A program made the position numbers and the translations under genes. A DNA stretch of 64,000 nucleotides from Gammaproteobacteria bacterium (GTDB taxonomy: Bacteria > Pseudomonadota > Gammaproteobacteria > Steroidobacterales > Steroidobacteraceae). Below the pieces are notes generated by a model that saw only the letters and a list, made by a program, of their open reading frames with translations, made no database searches and had not been told where the DNA came from. The first letter of the stretch is position 1; every line of letters starts with the position of its first letter. The stretch lies in contig VBNH01000072.1 in the NCBI GenBank assembly GCA_005878095.1, positions 20,553 through 84,552 on the forward strand. The letters run 5' to 3'. Shown piece by piece: positions 31,316-41,063 of this stretch.

Positions 31316-32758
31316 TCAGGCTCCGGGAATCGCGCGGCTGAACGCCTCCGGAGCCGGCCCGCCGCGGGGGGCGGGCGCGTGGGTGACCGTCGCGCTGCGG
31401 GCCTCGCCCGGCTGCCATTCCAGCAGCCTGAGATAACGCTGGATGCGATCGACGTACTGCACCGGCTCCCAGCCGCGGGCGTAGCCGCGCCGGGCGCGCG
31501 TGTACCAGCGCTCCTGCGCGAGCAGCGGCAGCCGCGCGCGCACCTCGGTCCAGGAGTCGGGGTTCTTGCCGAGCGCCTGGGTGATGATGCGCGCGTCCTC
31601 CAGATGCCCGAAGCCCACGTTGTAGGCGGCGATGGTGAGCCAGGTGCGGTCGGGCTCGGGAATGCGCCCGGGGAACTTGGCGCGCACCTGGGCGAGATAG
31701 CGCGCGCCCGCGAAGATGCTCTGCTGGGGGTTGCTGCGGTCCTTGATGCCCATGGCGTGGGCCGTGTCGGCGGTGAGCATCATCACCCCGACGGCGCCGT
31801 CGCCGGATTCGGCGCGCGCATCCCATTTCGACTCCTGGTAGCCGATCGCCGCCAGCAGGCGCCAGTCGGTGCCCCACTGCGCGGCCGCCTGCTCGAACCA
31901 GGAACGGTAAGCGGGCAGCCGGTCGCCGACGTGGGTCTGGAACTCGCGCGATTCCACGTAGGCAAAGCGGCGCGTGTCGCCGGAGGACTGCTGTACGAGC
32001 CGCGCCAGTGCGCCCGAGGCCTCCAGGTCATGAAAGAAAGTGTTGACGCTCGAGAGCAGATCCGGCGCCCCGTGCCGCACCAGCCATTGCACCGGGCGCG
32101 TTTCCGGCAGCGCAAAGCCCACCCGCACGTTGGGATACAGATGATGCGCGAAGGAGAATTCACGCGCGTCGGTGATGGCGTAATCCGCGCCGCCGGAGTC
32201 GACGTCCTCCACCGGGTCGGCGGAGCTCGGGGCGGTTTCCACCCACTGCAGGGTGGGCGCGACGGTCTCCTTCAGACGCTGCAGGATGCGCTCCTGCGGA
32301 CTGCCGGCGCGCACCGCGAGTTTCGCCGCTTCCAGTTGCAGCGTCGCCCGCGGCTGCACGCCGCGGCGCTCGTAGAGCACCAGCTGCGGGATGCGCGCGT
32401 AGGGTTGGGCCGCATCGCCTGCGCGGCGCCAGTCGGGCGTGTCGGTGAGCGAGGCCGCGGCGATATCGGCGCGGCCGGCGGCGAGTTCCGCCTGCATCGC
32501 GCCCTCATTGGCGAGCGCGGACATCATGAGGTGCACGCCGAGGCGCGCGGCGTAGGCACGCGCCAGCTCGTACTCCAGCCCCTCGGTGCCCTGCGCGCCC
32601 AGGTAGTAACAGGTCGGCAGATTGAGCGTGACGACGCGCAGCTCGCCGCGCGCGCGGATCGCATCAAGGGCGGGTGCAAGTCTCGCGCAGCCCGCGAGTG
32701 AGCCAAGCAGGGCGACGACGGCGGTGAGGAATGCGCGCACGAACCCTCCCCTGGTCAC
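31316..32758 (-). CDS. mltF: membrane-bound lytic murein transglycosylase F
   Basis: Lipoprotein-like N-terminus, a solute-binding-like domain, then an SLT domain (IGYQESKWD with the catalytic Glu, GVMMLT, AAYNVGFGH). Confidence 0.9.
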   Translation of the reverse strand: MTRGGFVRAFLTAVVALLGSLAGCARLAPALDAIRARGELRVVTLNLPTCYYLGAQGTEGLEYELARAYAARLGVHLMMSALANEGAMQAELAAGRADIAAASLTDTPDWRRAGDAAQPYARIPQLVLYERRGVQPRATLQLEAAKLAVRAGSPQERILQRLKETVAPTLQWVETAPSSADPVEDVDSGGADYAITDAREFSFAHHLYPNVRVGFALPETRPVQWLVRHGAPDLLSSVNTFFHDLEASGALARLVQQSSGDTRRFAYVESREFQTHVGDRLPAYRSWFEQAAAQWGTDWRLLAAIGYQESKWDARAESGDGAVGVMMLTADTAHAMGIKDRSNPQQSIFAGARYLAQVRAKFPGRIPEPDRTWLTIAAYNVGFGHLEDARIITQALGKNPDSWTEVRARLPLLAQERWYTRARRGYARGWEPVQYVDRIQRYLRLLEWQPGEARSATVTHAPAPRGGPAPEAFSRAIPGA

Positions 32759-32805
32759 GCGGGCTTTCCGCTAGAATACCAGCCCCGCGACACCCGTGCG
32801 GAGCC

Positions 32806-32898
32806 GGAGAGGTACCGAAGCGGTCATAACGGCGCCGACTCGAAATCGGATGGTCGGGTAAAACCGGCACGTGGGTTCGAATCCCACCCTCTCCGCCA
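32806..32898 (+). tRNA. tRNA-Ser(CGA), CCA encoded
   Basis: GGAGAGGTACCGAAGCGGTCATAACGGCGCCGACTCGAAATCGGATGGTCGGGTAAAACCGGCACGTGGGTTCGAATCCCACCCTCTCCGCCA. Acceptor GGAGAGG/CCTCTCC, loop CUCGAAA, long variable arm, T loop TTCGAAT. Closely resembles E. coli serU-type tRNA. Confidence 0.9.
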
Positions 32899-32934
32899 TT
32901 CGGTCATGCACAGCTGCAGGCGAAAGTCGCCAAG
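32880..32934 (+). repeat. 55-bp direct repeat, copy 1 (last 19 nt of tRNA-Ser plus 36 nt of downstream flank)
   Basis: AATCCCACCCTCTCCGCCATTCGGTCATGCACAGCTGCAGGCGAAAGTCGCCAAG is identical to 33044-33098. Confidence 0.95.
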
Positions 32935-33043
32935 CCAAAGCGAGAATCTGCGCAGCGGCTCGCGGCTAGAGGGTGGGAGACGACCGCAGTCCTGCGGTCG
33001 GTCCCGAGCGAAGCGAGGGATGAGCGGCCGTCCGGCCGCGAAC

Positions 33044-33098
33044 AATCCCACCCTCTCCGCCATTCGGTCATGCACAGCTGCAGGCGAAAGTCGCCAAG
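33044..33098 (+). repeat. 55-bp direct repeat, copy 2 (orphan tRNA-Ser 3' end plus flank)
   Basis: Perfect copy of 32880-32934, 164 bp downstream. There is no matching tRNA 5' half in front of it. Confidence 0.95.
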
Positions 33099-33134
33099 TC
33101 AAGACTGTTTTCCGCCACGCGTACGGCGTTCCCC

Positions 33135-34397
33135 TCACGCTGCCGGCTTCTTCAACACCTCACGGTAGGCCGCGGCGAACGCCTCGACAAACGTGTGCGG
33201 CAGATGCTCCGCCGGCATCTCGATGAGATTGCGATAGAACGTCGTGAACAGGTCCCAGTACTGCGCCTTGTCGGCGGAGCGGGCTTTGCCACGGCGTGCG
33301 GCGCGCTCGAAGCGCGCCTCCAGCTCCGCCGGGTCGAGCCGGCCGAGGAATTCCACGAACGCCGCGCGCGTCGCCTGCGCGGTGGCCGTCTCGTGCAGCT
33401 TGGCCTCGAGGACCGCCTCGCGCAGCCACTGCACCGAGTCGAGCCGGCGGCCTTCGTGCTGCAGGAACAGCGCGATCAGCAGCTCCTCCACCACCGAGTC
33501 GGCCAGCGCGGGGCGCGGGTCATCGGGCTCCTGCGGCGCGGACTCGATGCGGTAGCGGTTGCGCGTCTCGCACCGGCTGCGCTCCAGATCCTTGAAGCCG
33601 ACCAGCGCCTCGCGAAACAGCCGGCCGGCGAGATGCAGCAGCCGCCCCTGGGCCTCCGCCGGCAGTCGCTCAGGCTCGATGCCCGCGCCACGGCAGAAGG
33701 CGTCCAGTCCGCTACGCATGTCCTCGAGCGCGATCAGACTGACGCCGTTGCGCGGCTCGCGCCCGACCGCCTCGGCGAGGCGCGCCATGCGCTCTCCGAA
33801 CGACGCGTCCGGGGCGTCCGGCGGCAGCAACTCGGGCACCGCCTCCGGTATCTGCTCGGCCTGGTGGGTGCGGGCGAGCGCGCGCACCCGTCCGGAGTCG
33901 ACCGACTGGCCGTAGGCATTGACCGGCAGCACCGGGTCCGTGGCGTTGGCCGGCTGCAGCAGCTCATGCAGATCGAGCGATGCGCCGATGTCATGGTCGG
34001 CCCCGCTCCCGAGGCTGCGCAGCGCGTGAATGCTGGTGGGAACGGCGGCGGCGGGGGCGTCCTGCGCCTGGCGCGCCTCGAGCGCGGCGACGATGTGGTA
34101 CTCGCCCATGCGCAGTAGGTCGCCATCGGCGAGGCGGTAGCCGCTCGAGCCGCGCTTGGCGAGCGGCTGCATGTCGTCGTTGAGGTACACGCCGTTGGTG
34201 CTGACGTCCTGCAGATAGAAGTGGCCTTCGCGGAACTGCACGCGCGCGTGGTGCGCAGAGACGTAACGCAGCGGATCGGGCAGCACCCAGTCGTTGTCGG
34301 CGGAGCGGCCGATGGTGCCGCCTTCCACGGAAAAGGTCGCGCTGCTGCGCTCCGCGAGCGAGCGGCGCTGATCGCTGACGATACGGAGCCTCAGCAT
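33135..34397 (-). CDS. FHA-domain protein with TagH (type VI secretion-associated) C-terminal domain
   Basis: N-terminal FHA: MLRLRIVSD...FSVEGGTIGRSADNDWVLPDP..VSAHHARVQF..GHFYLQDVSTNGVYLN. The C-terminus follows the TagH pattern as I recall it (FCRGAGIEP..., LLHLAGRLFREALVGFKDL, ...YWDLFTTFYRNL...FVEAFAAAYRE). Confidence 0.8.
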   Translation of the reverse strand: MLRLRIVSDQRRSLAERSSATFSVEGGTIGRSADNDWVLPDPLRYVSAHHARVQFREGHFYLQDVSTNGVYLNDDMQPLAKRGSSGYRLADGDLLRMGEYHIVAALEARQAQDAPAAAVPTSIHALRSLGSGADHDIGASLDLHELLQPANATDPVLPVNAYGQSVDSGRVRALARTHQAEQIPEAVPELLPPDAPDASFGERMARLAEAVGREPRNGVSLIALEDMRSGLDAFCRGAGIEPERLPAEAQGRLLHLAGRLFREALVGFKDLERSRCETRNRYRIESAPQEPDDPRPALADSVVEELLIALFLQHEGRRLDSVQWLREAVLEAKLHETATAQATRAAFVEFLGRLDPAELEARFERAARRGKARSADKAQYWDLFTTFYRNLIEMPAEHLPHTFVEAFAAAYREVLKKPAA

Positions 34398-34453
34398 GGT
34401 TCCCCGGACATATAATGCCAGCGTCAAAACTAGCAGCGACCCGCCTTAAGCCC

Positions 34454-34792
34454 ATGGCAACCAGTCACATTTTCCGGATTATGTTCGTGAATCAGGGCAA
34501 GGTTTACGAGGTCTATGCCGGCAAAGTGAGTCATGGAGAGCTGTTCGGATTCATAGAGGTCGAGGAGCTGTTGTTCGGGGAGCGCTCCTCGGTGGTCCTC
34601 GACCCTTCCGAGGAGCGCATCAAGGGCGAATTTTCCGGCGTGAAGCGCACCTTTCTGCCCATGCATTCGATCCTGCGCATCGACGAGGTGAAGAAGCACG
34701 GCGCGGCCAAGATCACGGTGCTGGAGCCCGGCGCCAACGTCGCGCAGTTCCCGCTGCCGATCTATTCGACTCCGCCGGGGGAGAAGAAGTGA
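34454..34792 (+). CDS. DUF1820-family small protein
   Basis: [38 protein letters not shown]...[13 protein letters not shown] recall this small protein as commonly found upstream of purL in gammaproteobacteria. Confidence 0.65.
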   Translation: MATSHIFRIMFVNQGKVYEVYAGKVSHGELFGFIEVEELLFGERSSVVLDPSEERIKGEFSGVKRTFLPMHSILRIDEVKKHGAAKITVLEPGANVAQFPLPIYSTPPGEKK

Positions 34793-34806
34793 GGCGCGAT
34801 GAGTCC

Positions 34807-37800
34807 ATGCTGCAGATTCCCGGTCCGCCAGCGCTGTCCGCGTTCCGCATCGCGAAACTCCTGGGTCGTCTGGGCGCGCTCGAGCCGGCCGTCACCGGGC
34901 TCGCTGCACGTTTCATGCACTTCGTCGAGCTCGCGCAACCGCTGTCCGGGCCCGAGCGCGAGGTGCTCGCGCAGCTGCTGACCTACGGGCCGCGCCTGGA
35001 GGCGCCGGCGCCGGCGGGCGCAGGCGAGTGCCTGCTGGTGGTGCCGCGCAGCGGCACGATCTCGCCCTGGTCGAGCAAGGCGACCGACATTGCGCGCGTG
35101 TGCGGCCTTGAGGGCGTGCGGCGGATCGAGCGCGGCATCGAGTACCGCGTCGGCGCCGCCCGGCCCCTGGGGAGCGAGTGCCTCGCGCGCCTCGCGCCGC
35201 TGCTCATCGACCGCATGACGGAGATGGCGCTGCTCGATGGCGCGCAGGCGGCGCGCCTGTTCGAGCACGCGCCGCCGCGGCCGCTCGCGCGGGTGTCGCT
35301 CACCGGCGGCCGCGCGGCGCTCGAGAGCGCCGACCGCGCGCTCGGGCTGGCATTGTCGTCGGAGGAGATCGACTACCTCATGGCGAGCTTCGCGCGCCTC
35401 GCGCGCGATCCGAGCGACGTCGAGCTGATGATGTTCGCGCAGGCCAACTCCGAGCACTGCCGCCACAAGATCTTCAACGCACGCTGGATCATCGACGGGC
35501 AGGCGCGCGCGGAGTCGCTGTTCGCGATGATCCGCTACACCCACGCCCGCAGTCCCGCGGGCGTGCTGTCCGCCTACCGCGACAACGCCGCGGTCATCGC
35601 CGGCACCACGGGAGAGCGCTATTTCCCCGACCCGCACGACGGTGTCTACCGCGCCAGCGCCGAGCCGATCGACATTCTCATGAAGGCGGAGACGCACAAT
35701 CATCCCACCGCCATCTCGCCCTTCCCGGGAGCTGCGACCGGCGCGGGCGGGGAGATCCGCGACGAGGGCGCCACCGGTCGCGGCGCCAAACCCAAGGCGG
35801 GGCTCACCGGCTTCTCGGTGTCGAACCTGCGCATCCCCGGCTACGAGCGCCCCTGGGAGCAGCCGTTCGGCGCGCCGGCGCGCATCGCCTCCGCGCTCGA
35901 GATCATGCTCGAGGGCCCGATCGGCGCCGCCTCGTTCAACAACGAATTCGGCCGCCCGGCGGTGTGCGGCTACTTCCGCACCTTCGAGCAGCGCGCCGCC
36001 GGCGACCCGCCCGAGCGCCTGCGCGGCTACCACAAGCCGATCATGATCGCCGGCGGCCTGGGGAACGTGCGGCGCGCGCACGTGGACAAGGCCGACGTGC
36101 CCGTGGGCGCGCAGCTCGTCGTGCTGGGCGGGCCGGCCATGCTCATCGGGCTCGGCGGCGGCGCCGCCTCCTCGGTCGGCAGCGGCAGCTCGAGTGCCGA
36201 CCTCGACTTCGCCTCCGTACAGCGCGGCAATGCCGAGATGCAGCGCCGCGCGCAGGAAGTCATCGATCGCTGCTGGGCGGCGGGCGAGGACAACCCGATC
36301 GCGCTCATCCACGACGTCGGCGCGGGCGGCCTCGCCAACGCCGTGCCCGAGGCCGTGGCCCACAGCGGCCGCGGCGCGCGCATCGATCTGCGCGCCGTTC
36401 CGAGCGCCGAAGAGGGCATGTCGCCCCTGCAGCTTTGGTGCAACGAGGCGCAGGAGCGCTACCTGCTCGCCATCGCACCGCAGGGGCTGCCGCGGTTTGC
36501 CGCCATCGCCGAGCGCGAGCGCTGCCCGTTCGCGGTGATCGGCGAGATCGAGGCGAGCGGCCAGCTGACGGTGCGCGATCCGCTGTTCGGCGATCAGCCG
36601 GTCGACATGCCGCTCGAGGTGCTGCTCGGCAAGCCGCCGCAGCTGACGCGCGAGGTGCGCAGCGTAGCCGTGCGGCGCCGGCGCTTCGACACCGCCCGCA
36701 TCCAGCTGCGCGAGGCCGCCTACCGCGTGCTGCGCCTGCCGGCGGTCGCCGACAAGACCTTCCTGATCACCATCGGCGATCGCACCGTCGGCGGCCTCAT
36801 CAGCCGCGACCAGCTGGTGGGGCCGTGGCAGGTGCCGGTGAGCGATGTGGCGGTGAGCATCGCCGACTACCACGGCACGGCCGGGGAGGCGATGGCGATG
36901 GGCGAGCGCACGCCGGTCGCGGTGCTGGACGCGCCGGCCTCCGGGCGCCTCGCGGTCGCCGAGGCGATCACCAACATCCTCGCGGCCGATATCGAGTCGC
37001 TCTCGCACGTGCGCCTGTCGGCCAACTGGATGGCCGCCTGCGGCGAAGAGGGCGAGGATGCGGCGCTCTACGAGACCGTGCGCGCGGTGGGCAAGGAGTT
37101 GTGCCCGCAGCTCGGTATCGCGATTCCCGTCGGCAAGGACTCGTTGTCGATGAAGACCGCCTGGAGCGAGGGCGGCGTCGAGAAGAGCGTGGTGGCGCCG
37201 CTGTCGCTGATCGTGTCGGCGTTCGCGCCGGTGAAGGACGTGCGCCGCACGCTCACTCCCACGTTGCAGCTCGATGAGCGCCCGACCTCACTGTGGCTCA
37301 TCGATCTGTCCGGTCATCGCAACCGCCTGGGCGCCTCGGCGCTGGCGCAGGTATACGGGGAGCTCGGCGAGGAACCGGCGGACCTCAACGAGCCGCAGCG
37401 GCTCATACGCTTCGCGGCGGCGCTGGCGGAAGCGCGCGCCGCGGGCATGCTGCGCGCGTATCACGACCGCTCCGACGGCGGACTGCTCGTGACGCTGCTG
37501 GAGATGGCGTTCGCGGGACACTGCGGACTGGACATCGCACTGCCCAGGGAGCGCGGCACGCCGCCGGCGCAGTTGTTCGCCGAGGAACCCGGCGTGGTGG
37601 TGCAGATTCTCGCCGCGGATGAGCCCAGGTTCGCCGAGCTTCTGGCGCGCCACGAGCTCGCCGATGCCGCCCTGTACCTCGGTGCGCCGGTGAGCGCGCT
37701 GCGCGTACAGATCAGGATCGGCGAGACGCAGCTCGATGAGTCCTGGGCGGACCTCAAGCGTGCCTGGTCAGAGACCTCGTGGCGCCTGCGGCGCCTGCGC

Positions 37801-38700
37801 GATGAGCCGCAATGTGCGGACGAGGAGTTCGCCGCGCAGAGCGCGGAATCGGACCCCGGCCTGTCGGTCTCGCTCAGCTTCGATCCCGAGGAGGACATCG
37901 CCGCCCCCTACGTGGCGCGCGGCGCACGCCCGGCGCTCGCCATCCTGCGCGAGCAGGGCGTCAACAGCCACATCGAGACCGCGGCCGTTTGCGAGCGCGC
38001 CGGTTTCACCGCGCACGATGTGCACATGAGCGACCTGCTCGGCGGGCGGCGCTCGCTCGCCGAATTCAAGGGTCTGGTGGCGTGCGGCGGCTTCTCCTAC
38101 GGCGATGTGCTGGGCGCGGGCGAGGGCTGGGCCAAATCGATCCTGTTCCACCAGCGGGTGCGCGAGGAGTTCGAGCGCTTCTTCACACGAGCCGACAGCT
38201 TCGCGCTCGGCATCTGCAACGGCTGCCAGATGTTCGCCGCGCTCAAGCGCATCATCCCGGGCAGCGCGCACTGGCCGCGCTTCGTGCGCAACCGCAGCGA
38301 GCAGTACGAGGCACGCTTCTCGCTGGTCGAGGTGCTGAACTGCCCGTCGGTGCTGCTCGCCGGGATGGCGGGCTCGGTTCTGCCCGTTGCGGTGGCGCAC
38401 GGCGAAGGGCGGGCGGAGTTCGAATCCCCCGCGGCCGCCGCGGCCTGCGCAGCGAGTGGCCTGGTGGGGTTTCGCTACGTCAACCACGACGGCAGCCTCG
38501 CCAGTGCCTATCCCGCCAATCCCAGCGGCACGCCCTTCGGCATCGCGGCGCTCTCGAACCTCGATGGCCGCGTGACCATCACCATGCCGCACCCGGAGCG
38601 CTCGTTCCGCTACCTGCAGAATTCCTGGCGGCCGCGGGATGCCGGCGAGTACAGCGGCTGGATGCGCCTGTTCCGCAATGCGCGCCGCTTCGTGGACTGA
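34807..38700 (+). CDS. purL: phosphoribosylformylglycinamidine synthase (single-chain large PurL)
   Basis: ~1297 aa. [15 protein letters not shown]-terminus, [25 protein letters not shown], and a C-terminal glutaminase domain with GICNGCQM. Confidence 0.95.
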   Translation: MLQIPGPPALSAFRIAKLLGRLGALEPAVTGLAARFMHFVELAQPLSGPEREVLAQLLTYGPRLEAPAPAGAGECLLVVPRSGTISPWSSKATDIARVCGLEGVRRIERGIEYRVGAARPLGSECLARLAPLLIDRMTEMALLDGAQAARLFEHAPPRPLARVSLTGGRAALESADRALGLALSSEEIDYLMASFARLARDPSDVELMMFAQANSEHCRHKIFNARWIIDGQARAESLFAMIRYTHARSPAGVLSAYRDNAAVIAGTTGERYFPDPHDGVYRASAEPIDILMKAETHNHPTAISPFPGAATGAGGEIRDEGATGRGAKPKAGLTGFSVSNLRIPGYERPWEQPFGAPARIASALEIMLEGPIGAASFNNEFGRPAVCGYFRTFEQRAAGDPPERLRGYHKPIMIAGGLGNVRRAHVDKADVPVGAQLVVLGGPAMLIGLGGGAASSVGSGSSSADLDFASVQRGNAEMQRRAQEVIDRCWAAGEDNPIALIHDVGAGGLANAVPEAVAHSGRGARIDLRAVPSAEEGMSPLQLWCNEAQERYLLAIAPQGLPRFAAIAERERCPFAVIGEIEASGQLTVRDPLFGDQPVDMPLEVLLGKPPQLTREVRSVAVRRRRFDTARIQLREAAYRVLRLPAVADKTFLITIGDRTVGGLISRDQLVGPWQVPVSDVAVSIADYHGTAGEAMAMGERTPVAVLDAPASGRLAVAEAITNILAADIESLSHVRLSANWMAACGEEGEDAALYETVRAVGKELCPQLGIAIPVGKDSLSMKTAWSEGGVEKSVVAPLSLIVSAFAPVKDVRRTLTPTLQLDERPTSLWLIDLSGHRNRLGASALAQVYGELGEEPADLNEPQRLIRFAAALAEARAAGMLRAYHDRSDGGLLVTLLEMAFAGHCGLDIALPRERGTPPAQLFAEEPGVVVQILAADEPRFAELLARHELADAALYLGAPVSALRVQIRIGETQLDESWADLKRAWSETSWRLRRLRDEPQCADEEFAAQSAESDPGLSVSLSFDPEEDIAAPYVARGARPALAILREQGVNSHIETAAVCERAGFTAHDVHMSDLLGGRRSLAEFKGLVACGGFSYGDVLGAGEGWAKSILFHQRVREEFERFFTRADSFALGICNGCQMFAALKRIIPGSAHWPRFVRNRSEQYEARFSLVEVLNCPSVLLAGMAGSVLPVAVAHGEGRAEFESPAAAAACAASGLVGFRYVNHDGSLASAYPANPSGTPFGIAALSNLDGRVTITMPHPERSFRYLQNSWRPRDAGEYSGWMRLFRNARRFVD

Positions 38701-38713
38701 AGCCGGCGCAGAA

Positions 38714-39436
38714 TCAGCCCGCTGAGAGTTGGGCGCGCTGATCCATGGGTGGGACGTTGGGATTGGTCTCGTCGAGGAAGAAGCGCCGCACCATGATCGC
38801 CTGCTGCAGCTTGCCCTTGCGCACGTAGGCCTCGTACAGCAGGTCCTTGGCCACCTCGAGCATGATCCCGGCCTCGTAGCCGTCGAGCAGCGGCAGTGCG
38901 GAGCGCGCATCGAGCTCCGCCCCGAACAGCACGCTCTTCAGCTTGGCGAAGACCTCCGGCGCGATGTCGGCGAGCTCGCGCACCGCGTTGAACTCATCGA
39001 ACAGGCGCAGCCGGCCGGCCTCACCGAGGTCGGCAAACATCGCCTGCGTCGTGCGGCGGCACATGGAGGCGAACGCGTTGAACGCGCCCTGCCAGAAGCA
39101 GGTGAGCGCTTCGCGGAACAGCAGCTCCACGTCTTCCGGGACGTAGGCGAAGCTGAACTTCTCGCGCGCCCGCTCGACCTCGGTGAACTGGGGTGACAGC
39201 TCGATGCGCGTCGTGCCATACACCCGCACCGTGAAGCGCAGGAAGATCGGCGCGTGACAGGCGTCGCACAGGTACACCAGGCCGACCTGGTTCGGGCGAT
39301 ACAGCTGCAGGTCCTCGAAGCGCGGCACGGCGCTGGGGGTGATGTGCGCCACCGCCTGGCAATGCGGACAGGTCACGACCAGGTTCTTCTCCTGGTCGTG
39401 GTGCAGATGGCTCGCGGAATCGATGTACAAAGACAT
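38714..39436 (-). CDS. hypothetical protein: N-terminal Cys4 zinc ribbon plus DUF4145-like helical domain
   Basis: CPHC...(31 aa)...CDAC, then FREALTCFWQGAFNAFASMCRRTTQAMF, which resembles the DUF4145 core. Start set at ATG 39436. Confidence 0.55.
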   Translation of the reverse strand: MSLYIDSASHLHHDQEKNLVVTCPHCQAVAHITPSAVPRFEDLQLYRPNQVGLVYLCDACHAPIFLRFTVRVYGTTRIELSPQFTEVERAREKFSFAYVPEDVELLFREALTCFWQGAFNAFASMCRRTTQAMFADLGEAGRLRLFDEFNAVRELADIAPEVFAKLKSVLFGAELDARSALPLLDGYEAGIMLEVAKDLLYEAYVRKGKLQQAIMVRRFFLDETNPNVPPMDQRAQLSAG

Positions 39437-39554
39437 TGCCGTGCGCGGCGGCTCGTGTTGTTGTGTGTGCCGCGTCGAGTCCATGTTACCTCAGCGCGCG
39501 CCCGAGTGCTCGTCCCGTGACCTGCATTGTATTACCCATGGCGGGCGAGTTATG

Positions 39555-41063
39555 TCACAGCTGGGCGCTCCTCGCAAAGGCGAGGATGCGCGCGGCGAGC
39601 GTCGCGTACTCGCCGCTGAAATGATGTCCCTTGCCGACGACCTGCTCGCGCGCGATGCCGGCCCCTGACAACTGCGGGCAGATCGAGTCGCTCTCGCCCT
39701 CGCCGTAGACGCACAGCACCGGCACGTGAGTGAGCGCCGCCAGCTCCGGCCGGGTCGGCGCACCGCCGCCGCCGCTCCCCACCCAGTCACTGATGCGCAC
39801 CTCGAAGGATGCGTCGGCATCGATCCCCAGCAGGCTCAGGCTCGCCACCCGCTCGCGCAGCTCCGGCGGCAGGCGGTTCACCACGAAGGGCAGCACGTCG
39901 GCGCCGAAGGAGTAACCGATGAGCAGCACGCGCCGCTTGTTCCAGGCCGCGAAGTAGTGGCGCAGCACGCGGGCCACGTCGCGCGCGGTCTGCTGCGGTG
40001 TGCGCTCGGTCCAGAAATACTTCAGCGAGTTCAGTCCCACGGTCGGCACGCCGCTCGCTGCCAGGCGCGCGGCGAGCTCCTGATCGAGCCCGGCCCAGCC
40101 GCCGTCCCCGGTCAGCAACAGCGCGAATTCGTCCGACTCACCGCCGGCGTGCACCTCGGTCACCGGCAAGTCGTCGATGTCGGGCGGGGGCTGCGGCGGT
40201 GATTCCGCGCGCGCCGTGAGGCGCGCGTAGGCGTCGCGAAACTGCGGCATCCAGTTGCGCTCCACCCCGAAGCCGTGACCGACGAGCGGCAGCTTCACCA
40301 CCCGTGCGTGCGCCACCTGCGCCGCGAACTCATCGACCGCGTGCACGCTGCACACCTGGTCCTCCTGCCCCTGCAGCGCGATCCACGGCTGCTCGAGGCT
40401 CCGCGCGGGCTCGAACATGAGCTCGTGCCGAGGGTTGCGGCGGTAGTGAAGCCCGGCGCCCGGGCACAGCGCGGCGCCGGCGAAATCCTGATTGGCGCAG
40501 AAGCCGAGACTCAGCGCGCCGGCGAAGGTTCCGGGCGGCGATTGCACCAGCGCCGCGTACACCACGGTGGCGCCGGAGGAGTAGCCGATCAGCACCGGCA
40601 CGTGGTACTCGCTCATGCCGATTTCCTTCTGCACCTGGTGGCTGAGGGCTTCGAAATCCGCCGCGATCATCTGGCAGGGCGCGCCGGGGCGCTGCGCCGC
40701 CTTCTTGAGGCTGCCGAGGTACTGGCGGATGTCGGCACCGATCACCACCGCGCCCAGGTCGGTGAGCGCGCGCGCCATGCCGATCACGCCGAGGTGCCAG
40801 CCGCCGTCGCCGGAGAGGAACAGCGCGACGCTGCGCGGCTGCCCTTCCGGGATGTAGACGGTGACGGTGCCGAAGCGCCCGGCCGGCAGGCGCGTGGCGT
40901 AGCTGCCGTCGGCGGCCCGGGGGTGCGCTCGCGCGCCGACGGCGGGGGCGGGGGCCGCGGGGGTCGCGGCGCGCGCGGCGCCGCAGGCCAGCAGCGCGAG
41001 CAGACCGGCAGACAGTGCGCGCGGACGGCGCGAGCGCGCGATGAGGGACAGCCGCCGGCTCAT
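39555..41063 (-). CDS. AcvB/VirJ-family protein (aminoacyl-phosphatidylglycerol hydrolase-like), two VirJ-type alpha/beta domains, secreted
   Basis: Signal peptide. Duplicated FLSGDGGW / LLTGDGGW motifs with GYSSGA / GYSFGA nucleophile elbows. Start overlaps the mprF stop (41060-41063). Confidence 0.8.
   Translation of the reverse strand: MSRRLSLIARSRRPRALSAGLLALLACGAARAATPAAPAPAVGARAHPRAADGSYATRLPAGRFGTVTVYIPEGQPRSVALFLSGDGGWHLGVIGMARALTDLGAVVIGADIRQYLGSLKKAAQRPGAPCQMIAADFEALSHQVQKEIGMSEYHVPVLIGYSSGATVVYAALVQSPPGTFAGALSLGFCANQDFAGAALCPGAGLHYRRNPRHELMFEPARSLEQPWIALQGQEDQVCSVHAVDEFAAQVAHARVVKLPLVGHGFGVERNWMPQFRDAYARLTARAESPPQPPPDIDDLPVTEVHAGGESDEFALLLTGDGGWAGLDQELAARLAASGVPTVGLNSLKYFWTERTPQQTARDVARVLRHYFAAWNKRRVLLIGYSFGADVLPFVVNRLPPELRERVASLSLLGIDADASFEVRISDWVGSGGGGAPTRPELAALTHVPVLCVYGEGESDSICPQLSGAGIAREQVVGKGHHFSGEYATLAARILAFARSAQL

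Noticed and set aside
32824-33226. ORFs 32824..33138 (-) and 32906..33226 (+) across the tRNA-Ser repeat region
   Set aside because: They overlap the tRNA gene and the two 55-bp repeat copies and have no recognisable motifs. The region is better explained as non-coding repeat and hairpin DNA.
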